NCBI RefSeq assembly: GCF_048593235.1
Contig: NC_133619.1
Location: 651,226,558-651,290,557, forward strand
Origin: Sminthopsis crassicaudata
Lineage: Eukaryota
Length of the DNA: 64,000 nt
Direction of reading: 5' to 3'
The first letter of the stretch is position 1. Each line of letters opens with the position of its first letter. This document shows, piece by piece, positions 1-12,319 of the stretch. Below the pieces are notes generated by a model, which saw only the letters and a program-made list of their open reading frames with translations, was not told the DNA's origin and made no database searches. Both the position numbers and the translations under genes were made by a program.

Positions 1-57
1 AATTTGGAAAAATGGAGTACAAAGGATAATGTTATAAAAAAAAATAAAATAAAAAAT

Positions 58-3000
58 GGAATATGTGCTGTGGAGCTACAGGATCAAACAAGACTTAGCA
101 GCTTCTACATTAAATGAGTGGAGGGGTTGGAATACGATATTCTAGAGGGCAAAAGAGCATAGAATCAGGAAGTACCTATCCAACAAAACTGACGATAATC
201 TTTCAGGGGGAAATGTATATTCAAGGAACTAAAGGATTTTCAAGCATTCCTGATGAAAAGACCAGAACTGAATAGAAATTTGACTTTCAGTTACAAGACT
301 ATAGAGAAGTATAAAAAGGAAAACAGGAAAGAAAAATCCTACGTAACTTCATAAGGTTAAAGTGTTTACATTGTTACATGGAAAGATGATATTTGTAACT
401 CATAAGAACTTTCTCACTATTAAGACAGATGGAGTATGTGTAGACTGAGGACACAGGTATTAGTTGAATGGGATGAACTGATATCCAAAAAATAAAATTA
501 ATAGGTGAAAGAGAAATGTAGGGAAAGGGAGAGGTAGAATGGGGTAAATTATCAAGCATTAAAGAGGCAAGAAAAAGCTTTTACATTGGAAGATGGAGGT
601 TAAGTGGCTATGGGTGAATCTTACTCAATTCTGAAATTGCCAAAAGAGGGAATACCACACACACTCAGTTGGCCGTAGAAATCTTATCTTACCCTATAAG
701 ATAGTAGGAAAAGAGGAAAGAGAAGGGAGGACAGATTGAGGGAGTGGAGAGTCAGAATTGGAAATTGAGTAGATGGGGCTCAAGGGTAATGATTGAATAA
801 ACTGTTGTATGTAATTATAATGGAATGCTATTGTGCCGTAAGAAACGATGAGCAGGATGCTCTCAGAAAAACTTGGAAAGACTTCCATGAATTGATGCAA
901 AGTGAAATGAACTGTGCACAAAGTAACAACAATGTGGTTAAGATGATCATCTGTGAAAGACATTTTCTCAGCAATTCAATGATCCAAAACAACTCTGAAG
1001 AGCTGATGGTGAAAAATGCTACCAATACCCAGAGCAAGAACTGATTGTATCTGGGTGCAACTGAAGCATCGTTTTAAATAAATTTTTCTTGAGGGTTTGT
1101 TCTTTTTTGGTCTATGTTTTCTTTCATCACATGACTGTAATGGAAATGTTTTTTTCATGATTGCACATGTATAATCTACATCAAATTGCTTGCATTCTCA
1201 ATGAGGGGTGTGGAGTGGGCAGGGAGGAAGAAAAAGAATCTGGAACTATGTTTGGAAGTGAATTTTAAAGGTTATTTTTGCATTTCACGGAGGAAAAATA
1301 AAACATCTTTATATTTATATTAATATTTTTATACATAAGATCTTATGGGATTGATTATTCTAAATCTGAATATCAAGGAATCCCATAAATCAATGATCCA
1401 TAACTCCAGCAACCCTATGGGGTTTTACATACATAAAGGGTGGGTAGAATTTTCATGGGAAAGGCTGGGAGAATGACTGTTAACATGAGCAGAGATAGGA
1501 TTCTCCTGACTCAATTTCCCCAACATGACATATCAATATACCACCTGGCTGACTTAAGTCAAAACATTTGATCATTTATATCACTTTTGTCCAGAGCTGA
1601 CATCAAAATAAGGAAACATTTTCCTGGTGTCTCCATTCTTTTATGGAAAATGTCTATAATCATACAGCTTTCTATAAGTACGACACTAAATAAATAAGAG
1701 ATTGATACGGGATCATCTCTGAGCTTTTATAATAGAATGTAAGCATAAATACCCTATACTTTCAGTCTGATTTGTGATCAAATGATAATGTAGGGATAAT
1801 ATCCACCGAAAGGTCTCCCCTTAGACAAGGGGATGTGAAAAATTTCTAATTAAACGGAATAGTAAATTTTGAGAAAAGCAGCAGAACTAGACTGTTTCTC
1901 TAAGAACTGCACACAGATTGATCATTTTAAATGGCAGAACATTCCATAAATGAGCTTCCTATGAAAAAGGCACTAAAACTAGACAGACTTACAAGTATCT
2001 TCTATCAAACAGTATATCACGTATAGGATTTAGGTAAGAACAGAAACAGCAGGTTATATGGGAAATGAAATTCTCTGAAGGTTTAAAATTGGAGAACCAA
2101 ATGAAGTGACTGTATTAGTTTAAGTCAGGACCTCTAGATGTGGAACCTGAGAAGTAGGTAGAGTTTTGCTGGGAATAAATCATATCGTCCAAGAAAAGGT
2201 ATCTGGGGACCAGATGAAACATCTGGAACTAACCCTTCTGCATCCTCTGTCCCCCTAACCAACTGTTGTTCCTGCCTGCTTTGCTTTGGCTTTGGCCTTT
2301 TCCCCCTGCCGCCACAGGCTAAGAGCCAAACCAGGCCTAAAACTGTATTTAAAGCAGTGGTCATCATTGACGAAGAAAAAGAGTGGTGGATCAGAGGAAT
2401 AGCGTAGGTGCAGAGGACACAATAGTCAATGGCTAGAGTTATCTACAGTTTGATAAACCCCAAGACTCCAGCTTCTGGGATAAGAACTCACTCTTTGACA
2501 ACAATTGCCGGAAAAACTGGAAAATAGCATGGCAGGAATTAGGGATAGACCAAAATCTCACACCCTATAACAAGATAAGGTCAAAATGGGATCATGAGTT
2601 AATGTGCATGAAAAATGACACTTATAAGCAAATTAAGAGAGCCAGTGAGAATTTACCTCTCAGATCTTTGGAGAAGGAAAGAATTTATGACCAAAAAAGA
2701 AAGAGCATTATAAAACAGAAAATGAATCATTTCAATTGCATTAAATTAAAAAGGGTTTGCACAAATAAAGCCAATGAACACGAGAACAGAGGAGAAGCAG
2801 GAAGCTAGGAAACAATTTTTACAAAAAGTATTTCTGATAAAGGCCTCATTTCTGAAATATAGAGAAAACTGAGTCAAACTGAAAATAACGAAAGTCATTC
2901 CCCAATGGATAAATGGTCAAAAGCTATAAACAAGCATTTTTCAGATGAAGAAATTAAAGCAATCTATAGTCATCTGAAAAAATCCCCTAAATCACCATTG

Positions 3001-4345
3001 ATTAGGGAACTGCAAATTAAAATAACTCTGGGGTACCCCCTCACATCTATCAGATTGGCTAAGAGGAAGGAAAAGGAAGACGATAAATACTGAAAAGAAT
3101 ATGGGAAAATTGGTACACTGATGCATCACTGATGGAGTTCTGCACCCATCCAACCATTCTGGAGAGCAACTTGGAACTGTGCCCAAAGGGTAGAAAACTG
3201 CTTTTTTCAGTGATACTGCTACTAGGTTTGTTTCCCAAAGACATCATACAAAAGGGGAAAGGACCCACATATACAAAAATGTGTAGCAGCTCTCTTTGTG
3301 GTGGCAAAGAATTGGAAATGGGGGATGCCCATCAATTGGGGAATGGCTGAACAAACTGTGCCCTATGAATACAAGGGAATACTATTGGTCTATAGAAATA
3401 AGCTGGAATGTTATGGACCAGAACTCTGAAACGTGAAACAAGGATTCTTACAACAAGATGTTAACTCAGTGGAATTGATGAGACAATGGGTATCTAGTTT
3501 AGCGTGGTGATTAATAGTTCTCTAGTTCAGTATGATTGATTTAATCTTACCACAAATAATGGTTTCCTAGTGATATGATTGGTTTGTACTCAGTATACTG
3601 TAAATGATCTAATTATAATAGAGCATTTAAGCTGGGACAAACTCAGGGTCAGAGCCGGAGACAGACTCAGAAGGGCAAGACACAGACTCGGAAGGGGCAG
3701 AGCCAGATTCATTCACCTCATCTCACACCACCCTGGTGGCTGCTTCCCCCACCGAGACCCAGGACCCTCTGAAAGGCTCTCCAGAAAGCTGCTCAGCCCC
3801 TGGCAAGGAAACAGTAGACTTTTGGACTTTAACATCTGGCTATTCTTGTGATTACTGAAGGCTGCCTCAAGACCTCCAGAAAACCAAACAAGATCTTTAC
3901 ACTGGAAGATTTCAGAAAAGCCTAGACAGACTTAGATGAATTGATGGCTAGTGAAAGGGGCAGAGCCAGGAGAACATAGTAAATAACAGCTGTCTACTTT
4001 GATAGACTTTGCTCTTCCCCGCAATACAATGAACAATTCTAAAAGACAATTTTAGATAATTCTAAAAGACACATGGTGGGAAAATGCTACCTACCTCCAG
4101 AGAAATAACTATGGAGTCTGAATATAGATAAAAGCACACTATATTCACTTTTTTGTTATTTCTTTCTTCTGGGTTTTTTTTCTTTTCTGATTCTTCTTTC
4201 ACAACATAATGTGGAAATATGTTTAATATGATTGTACATGTATAACCTAGATCAGATTTAGTGCCATCTTGGGGAAAGAGAAAAAAAAGTGAAAATCAAA
4301 ATCTTATCAAAGTAAATGTCAAAAATGATTTTTTAAAATTACTTC
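58..4345 (+). mobile_element. Degenerate rearranged LINE-1 mosaic, copy A: ORF1 3' end, inter-ORF spacer, L1 3'-end piece, old EN/linker fragment, ORF2 C-terminus, 3'UTR; boundaries approximate
   Basis: ORF1-like DLAASTL..WN.IF segment near 90-260; LP.KK...D..TS.FYQT-like ORF2 linker at ~1955-2010; PDLKLY.KAVVI at ~2330; L1 3'UTR and A-rich tail to ~4345. Many stops and frameshifts. Confidence 0.85.
3409..3901. mobile_element. Solo LTR (493 bp) inserted in L1
   Basis: Starts TGTTA, ends TTACA, flanked by 6-bp direct repeat CTGGAA (3403-3408 and 3902-3907). L1 3' sequence is continuous once it is removed. Confidence 0.85.
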
Positions 4346-4647
4346 TTAAAAAATAACCTAAGCCAACTGGTAAAGGAAGGACAAAAAGCTAATGAAGAGA
4401 ATGCCTTAAAATCAGAACTGAACAGATGGGGGAAAAAAAACAGAAAAAAATTCCTTTAAAAGTAGAATTGGATAACTTGGAAAAGAAGGTGTAAATGTTC
4501 ACTGAACAAATGGAAGCTCACACTTTATGAGACATCCAGAAACAATAAAACAAAATGAAAAGAATGAAAAAACAGAAGACAAGGGGAAGCATCTCTTTGG
4601 ATCCTGAAACTAGACCCAGGAGACTTAATTCAAAAAATATCGGCCTA

Positions 4648-5325
4648 AGCCCTTTTCATAGTGGCTAGAAACTGGAAAATAAACGGATGTCCATCAGTTG
4701 GAGAATGGTTGGGTAAATTATGGTATATGAAGGTTATGGAATACTATTGCTCTGTAAGAAACGACCAGCAGGAGGAATACAGAGAGGCCTGGAGAGACTT
4801 ACATCAACTGATGCTGAGTGAAACGAGCAGAACTAGGGAATCCTTATACACTTCAACAATGATACTGTACAAGGATGTATTCTGATGGAAGTGGAAATCT
4901 TCAACAAAGAGAAGAGCTAATCCAATTCCAATTGATCAATGATGGACAGAATCAGCTACATCCAGAAAAGGAACACTGGGAAATGAGTGTAAACTGTGAG
5001 CATTTTTTGTTTTCCTCCCCAGGTTATTTTTACCTTCCGAATCCAATTCTTCCTTTGCCACAACAACAACAACAACAAAATTCGGTTCTGCACATATACA
5101 TTGTACCTAGGATATACTATAAGATATTTAATATGTATGGGAATGCCTGCCATCTAGGGGAGGGAGTGGAGGGAAGGAGGGGAAAATTTTGGAATAGAAG
5201 GGAGTACAAGGGATAATGTAAAAAAAAAAAAAATACCTATGGTATGTACTGTCAAAGAAAATGTTATAATTATAAAAATTAATAAATTGAAAAAAATAAA
5301 TTAATTTATATATATATATATATAT
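4648..5325 (+). mobile_element. 5'-truncated younger L1 (3' end with A/TA-rich tail)
   Basis: L1 ORF2 C-terminus (ARNWKINGCPSVGEWLGKLWYM) plus 3'UTR; 11-bp TSD ATATCGGCCTA at 4637-4647 and 5326-5336. Confidence 0.9.
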
Positions 5326-8300
5326 ATATCGGCCTACCAGAAAGCCATGCTCAAAATAAGAGCCTAAACATCATCTTTCAGAAAATGATCCAGGAAAAAT
5401 TGCCCTCATGTTCTAGAACGAGAGTAAAATAGAAATTGAAGGAGTCCGCTGATCCTCTACTGAAAGATTCCAAAATGAAAATTCCCCGGAATATTATAGC
5501 CAAATTCCAGTGCTCTCGGGTCAAGGAGAAAATACTGCAGTCAGAAAGAAACAATTCAAATATCGTGGAGCCACAGTCAGAATAATGCAAGATTCAGCAG
5601 CTTCTACATTAAAGGATTGGAGGGCTTGGAATATGATATTCCAGAGGAGAAAAGGATTATGATTACAACCAAGAATAACCTACCCAACAAAACTGAGTAT
5701 AATCCTTCCGGGGAAAAGACTTATTCTTGATGAAAAGACTAGAACTGAACAGAAAAGTTGATTTTCAAGAACAAAACTCTAAAGAAGCATAAAAAGGAAA
5801 ACAGGAAAGGGAAATCATAAGGAATTTAATAAGGTTAAACTGCTTATGTTACTACATGAGAATATGATACTTGTAACTCATAAGAACTTTCTCATCATTA
5901 GGACACTTCAAAGGAGTGTATGTATAAATAGGAGGCATGAGAATATAAAGGAAAGATATCTAAAAAATTCAATTACTGGATGAGAGAGAAATTTAGTGGG
6001 AGAAAGGGAAAGTGAGAGGTAGAATAGGATAAATTATCAAAGATTACAGAGGCCAGAACAAGCTTTTACACTGGTGGGGAAGAGGAGGAAAATAAGAGGT
6101 AGTGAGTGAACCTTATTCAGTTCTGAATTTGTTGAAAGAGAGAATGTATGGAAATAAATCTGTAGGATGGTAGGGAGGGAAGAGGTTAAGGATGATCAGA
6201 CTAGAAGGGAGGAGTGGGGAGTCAAAATTGGAAATTGAGTGGATGCTCATCAATGGGCTATCAAAGGGAATGGTTGAATAAACTATGTATGTAATTATGA
6301 TGGAATACTACTGTGCAAGAAGAAATGAGCAGGAAGCTCCCAGGAAAACCCCAAAAGAGGTCCATGAGTTGAGACAAAGTGAATAATAACACCACGTTGT
6401 AAGATGATCAGCCGTGAATGACATAACTGTTCTCAGCAATACAATGATCCAAGCCAACTCTGAAGGACGTGTGACAAAAAACACTACCCATACCCAGAGG
6501 AAGAACTGATGGGCTTGCTGCACACTGAAGCATACTTTAAATTTTTTCTTGAGCATTTTTTAAGTTTTGGTCTATGTTTTCCTTCACGATATGACTATTA
6601 TGGAAATAGTTTCATGACTGCACATGTATAACCTCTATTGAATTGATTACGTTCTCAGTGGGAACGGGGTGGGGAGAGAGGAAGAGAAAGAACTTGGAAC
6701 TCCAAAGTTTTGAAAGCAAATGTTAAGAATTGTTTTTGCATTTAACTGGGGGTAAATAAAAGTACTAAATAATTTTTAAATGAAAAAAGACCTTATGGAA
6801 TTGGTAAATGATATTATTCTGAGTCTGATTTTAGGTACGCTCATCAAGGAATGCTATTGCACCAATGGTCCATGATTTCAGCAACTCTATGGGGTTTTAT
6901 ATACATATAGAGTAGGTAGAGTTTTCATGGAAAAGCCTGTTTCATGTTAACATGAGCTGAGGTAGAATTCTGACTCAGTTTCCCCAACATGATATATTCC
7001 ACCTGCCTGACAAGTTTGGTCAGTACCATTGGTCATCTATACCACTTTTGTCTAGAATTGATATCAAAATAAGGAAATCTTTCCCTTATGTCACTATTCC
7101 TTCATAGTAAATTTCTATAATTACAAAGTACAATACTAAATCTATTAACTCATAGATTGACACTGAACATCTCTTGAGTTTTTTAATAGGACACAAGCAT
7201 AAACACCTTATAATCTTAACCTGCATTTGTGATCAAATTATAATATAGAAAATATCTCTTCTGAAGGATGAATTCACAAAGCAATGTGAAAAAATTTCTA
7301 ATGAAATGGAATAATGAATTTTCAGAAAATGTGGGAAAAGCAGGAGGACTAATATATTTTCTTTAAGAACTATCCACAGATTGATCATTTAAAATGGAAG
7401 AACAGGTCAAAAGTGAGTTTTCTACCAAAAAAGCACTAAAACAAGACAGATTTAGAAGTATATTCTCTCAAACATATCAGGGACAGGCTTTAGGTAAGAA
7501 TAGGAACTGAAATTCTTTGTGAAGGATCAAAATTAGAGACCGAAATTGAAGTGACTATATTAGTTTCAGTCAGAATGTCCAGATTTGGAATCCGAGAAAC
7601 AAAACAAGCATATTGTCTAAGAAGAGATATCTGGGGACCGGATGAGAAACATCTGGGACTACCCTTTCTGCATCCTCTGACCCCCTCACCAAATGTTCCT
7701 GCCTGCTTTGTTTTGGCTTTGGCCTTTCCCCCCTGCCACCACAGGCTAAGAGCCAAACCAGACCTGAAACTGTCTTATAAAGCAGTGGTCCTCAAAACCA
7801 CTTGGTACTGGCCAAGAAATATGGTGGTGGATCAGAGGAACAGGTTAGGTTCACAAGACACAATAGTCAATGACTATAATAATCTAGTGTTTGACAAATC
7901 CAAAGGCCCCTGCTTCTGGGATAAGAATTCACTATTTGACAAAAACTGCTGGGAAAATTAAACTAGTATGGCAGAAAGTAGACACAGACCAACATCTCAC
8001 AACTTATCCCAAGATAAAATCAAAACGGGTTCAGGATTTAGACATAATAGGTAATACTATACGCAAATTAAAGAGAAAGGAATACGTTACCTCTCGGATC
8101 TTTGGAGAAGGGAGGAATTTATGACCAAACAAAAGAGAATATTATGAAATCTAAAATGGATATTTTTGATCACATTAAAAAAAATTTTTTCCCAAAGAAA
8201 ACCAATGCAACCACGAGTAAAAGGGAAGTAGAAAGCTGGAAAATATTTTTACAGCCAATGTTTCTGATGAAAGTCTCATTTCTCAAATGAAGAGAGAACT

Positions 8301-8334
8301 GAGTCAAATCTAACAGAGTACAAGTCATTCCCCA

Positions 8335-8557
8335 TGTGAGAAGTAATTCATTTGGATCCCTACTCCATTTAAATCAGTTTTAACCAATTTGATAAAATCA
8401 TATCAAAGCTGTGAGCTGCAGGTTCTTGGTTCACTTAACTTCAGGAAGTTAACTAAGGGCCCTCTTTATCTGTCATGGTAACCCTCTAATAAAATGCCAT
8501 TGGCTCAGAGCTCTACCTCAGCATTTTATTATAGATGGGATGATTTTAATCCCCACA
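8335..8557. mobile_element. Short LTR-like insertion (223 bp)
   Basis: TGTG...CACA termini, 4-bp TSD CCCA (8331-8334, 8558-8561), internal AATAAA. The paralogous site in copy A (~2895) is empty. Confidence 0.7.
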
Positions 8558-9077
8558 CCCAAATGATAAATTATGATCAAAGGATATACATATATATATA
8601 TATATATATATAAACAGGAAGTTTTTAGGTGAAGAAATTAAAGCAATCTGCAGTCATCTAAAAAAATGCTCTAAATCACTCTTGAGAAACATAAATTTAA
8701 AAATTCCGAGGTACCATCTCACATCTATAAGACTATGATAACAGAAAAGGGAAATGATAAGCATTGGAGAGGATATGGAAAAATTGGAACAATGATGCAT
8801 TGATGGTCAACTGATCCAACCATTCTGGAGAGCAATTTGGAACTATGCCCAAAGAGCTACAAAACTGTGTGCTTCCCTCAATCCAGGAAAATCATGAGTA
8901 CTTCTGTTTCCCAAAGAGATCATAAAAAAGGGAAAGGACCCACATTGACAAAAAGATGCCTAGCAGCTATTTTGTGGTGGCAAAGAACTGGAAATCAAGG
9001 GGAAACCCATTGGGGAATGGCTGAACAAGCTGTGCTGTATGATTGTAATGGGATACTATTGTTCTGTAAGAAATGAG

Positions 9078-10850
9078 AAGGCAGAAAGGAAAAGTCAAAA
9101 ACTATATGAACATAACTACAAAACACTTTCCACACAAAGTCAGATAAAAACTGGAAAAATATCAAATGCTCTTGGATAAGTCCGGTGAATAAAATAACAA
9201 TACTGCCTAAACTAATCTACTTAATTTAGTGCTATGCCAATCAAACTCGCAAGAAACTATTTCAATGACCTAGAAAAATTAAAATTCTTTTTCCAGAAGA
9301 AAAGATCAAAATTTTCAAGGGAATTAATGAAAAGAAAATCAAATGAAGGTGGCCTAGCTGTACCTGATCAAAAACTATAAAAGCAGCACTCGCTAAAACC
9401 ATTTGGTATTGGCTAAGAAATAGACTAGTTGATCAGTGGAATAGGTTAGGTTCGCAGGATAAGATAATATAGCAACTTAGTGTTTGACAAACCCACAGAC
9501 CCCGACTTTTGGGATAAGAAAGCACTAGTTAGTATGGCAGAAACTAGGCATCAACCCACACCTAACATTGCATACCAAGATAAAAGTAGAAGTGGGTTAT
9601 GATCTAGACAAAGAATGAGATTATAAACAAATTAAAGAGAATAAAATAGTTTATTTCTCAAACCTGTGGAGGAAGAAATTTGGGACCAAAGAACTACTAA
9701 AAATCATTATTGATCACAAAGGATAATTTTGATTATATTAAGAAATTTTTATAAGAACAAAACTAATGCACAAGGGAAACAATTGGGAAAACATTTTACA
9801 TTCAAAGGTTCTGAAAAAAAGGCCTCATTTTTTAAATAGAAAATTGATCCAAATTTATAAGAATTCAAACCATTCTTCAATTGATAAATGGTTCAAGGAC
9901 TTGAAAAGACAATTTTCAGGCAAAGAAATTAAAACCATTTCTGAAAAAATTGTCTAAATCACTATTGATCAGAGAAATGCAAATTAAGAACTCTGAGATA
10001 CCACTACACATCTCTCAGATTGGCTAAGATGAAGGAAAAGATAATGTTGGAGGGGATTCGGGAAAACTGGGACACTGATACATTGTTGGAGTTGAGAACA
10101 GATCCAACCATTTTGGAGAGCAATAGGGAACTATACTCAAAAAGGCTATAAAACTGTGCATATCCTTTGACCCCGCAGTGTTATTACTGGGCTTAGATCC
10201 CAAAGAGATCTTAAAGGAGGGAGAGGGACCTACCTGTGCAAGAATGCTTGTGGCAGCCCTCTTTGTAGTGACCAGAAACTGGAAGATGAATGGATGTCCA
10301 TCCATTGGAGAATGGTTGGGTAAATTATGGTATATGAATATTATGGACTATTATTGCTCTGTAAGAAATGACCAGCAGGAGGATTTCAGAAAGGCCTGGA
10401 GAGACTTACAGGAACTGATGCTGAGTGAAATGAGCAGAACCAGGAGATCATTAGACACTTCAACAATACTATATGATGATCAATTCTGATGCACTTGGCC
10501 CTCTTCAACAATGAGATGATTCAGGCCAGCTCCAATGATCTAATGATGGAGAGAGCCATCTGCATTCAGAGAGAGAATTGTGGGAACTGAGTGTGGGCCA
10601 CAACATAGCATTCTCTGCTTGCATTTTATTTTCTGGTTTGATTTATTTGTACAGCAAGATTATATAACTATGTATGCATATATTGGGTTTAACATATTTC
10701 TACCATGTTTAACCTATATTGAACTACTTGCCATTTATGGGAGGGGATGGGAGAAAGGAGGAAAAACTAGAACACAAGGTTTTAAAAGAGCTACTGTTGC
10801 AAAATTCTCTATGCATGTGTTTTGAAAAATAAAAAGCTTTAATTTTTAAA
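9078..10850 (+). mobile_element. 5'-truncated, internally deleted younger L1 (ORF2 3' half + 3'UTR)
   Basis: GGLAVPD.K..YKA...KTIWYWLRNR motif at ~9350-9420; C-terminal MLVAALFVVTRNWKMNGCPSIGEWLGKLWYM; AATAAA and tail; TSD AAATGAG (9071-9077, 10851-10857). Confidence 0.88.
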
Positions 10851-11429
10851 AAATGAGCTGGCAGATTTTAGAATAACCTAGAAAAACTTACATGAACTGA
10901 TGCTGAGTGAAATGAGAACAACCAGGAAACTTTTCTACACGGTAACAGCAACATTGTGTGATGATCAACTATGATAGACTTAGCTCTTCTCAATAAGGAA
11001 ATTCAAAATTCTAAGAGACTTGTGGAAACCGCCATCCACATCCAGAGAAATAACCAGAGAGACTGAATGCAGATTATTTTCATTGAAATTTTTTTCTTGT
11101 GGTTTTTCCCTGTTTTCTGATTCTTTACATAACTCTTGTGGAACTATGTTTGACATGATTGTGCATGTATAACCTATATCTGATCGCCACGCTGAAAGGG
11201 AGAAAAATTTGGAACTCAAAATCTTACAAAAATACATTTTGATTGTATCTTTACATGTCATTAGGGAAAAAACCCAAGATACTATTGGAAAAAAAAGTTC
11301 CTGAGCTGTTAATATTTTTATATACTGATACCGATAGTACTGATTTTTACAGTAGTAATTAATAGTTGTCGTAGCAGCAGTACTAAAAATGCCACCGAAA
11401 AAAGTCAAGATTAGCCACACCTCAGATGG

Positions 11430-11590
11430 GACCTGACCAGGAAAACTTTCTGCCTGGTAACAACACGGTGTGATCATTAACTCTGATGGACTTAGCTCTT
11501 CTCCACAAGGAGATTCAGGAGATTCCAAACAATTCTAAAAGATAAGGAAATTGCCATCCACATCCTGAGAAATAACGGGAGAGACAATGC
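11430..11590 (+). mobile_element. L1 3'UTR fragment
   Basis: Near-repeat of the L1 3' block at 10920-11070 (tgtgatgatcaact..gacttagctcttctc..gccatccacatcc). Confidence 0.7.
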
Positions 11591-12319
11591 AGATGAACAC
11601 TCTCTCGTTCCCTTCTCTGAACTGGCCATGGGGAGCCCTCCGGGTGGGCCGGTCTGTATCCCACTCAATGGCCCGGGTGGGAATGGGGGGAGAGGGTCCT
11701 GTCCAGCCGCAGCCCTGCGTGGCCTTTTCACCAAGACCCCGATTACTCTGAGCAGCAGCTGAAGATTCAAAGACCGATGGGCCGCGGACCCCTGCCCGAG
11801 GGATGACCCGGCCCTCCAGGGACGAGGGGCTCTCTCCAGTGCGGGCAGGTCTTGCCGCACTGGACACCCGGCGCCTCCGAAGGGGGGCTTTGGCCAATAG
11901 GGACGGCGCGGAGGCTCTCTTGCTGGCCTGCCATTCAGCGGCAGGTCTCTCATCTCTGCCTCCCAATACTTCCCTAGTTTATCTTGGCCCCACCCAGGCC
12001 CAGAGATGAAAAATGTCGGTGCCCCCCCCCCAGTCTGCCGGGACCTCTCAGGTCAGGAGAGTGTGGTGGACGGGGACTTTTACTCCCTCGATTTATTCCA
12101 GCTCCCGAATCCCCGGAAGTGGTCAGACTGGCCAAGCAGAAAGGAGACTGAGCGTCCCCTCAGCTGAGCGCACCGGAAACCCTTTGCAGTGTTCTCGAGC
12201 CCCAAATCCGTCTGCTGGGCCGGGCCAGCTCAGACCAGCTCCTATCGACGTCCAGTTACGGGACTCCCAGGGACCTTCCCCTTTATGTACCCTCTGGGTA
12301 TCCTGTACTCTTAAACCAA

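Larger units (their letters stand above)
4350..11300 (+). mobile_element. Degenerate rearranged LINE-1 mosaic, copy B, interrupted by three later insertions; boundaries approximate
   Basis: ORF1 fragment 4350-4647 resumes at 5326 (IGLPESH...IIFQ..I.ENCP). Same block order and junctions as copy A. 3'UTR resumes at 10858 after the younger L1. Confidence 0.8.

Noticed and set aside
374-11528. Short ORFs in the AT-rich block
   Set aside because: Fragments or antisense shadows of decayed L1 ORF1/ORF2.
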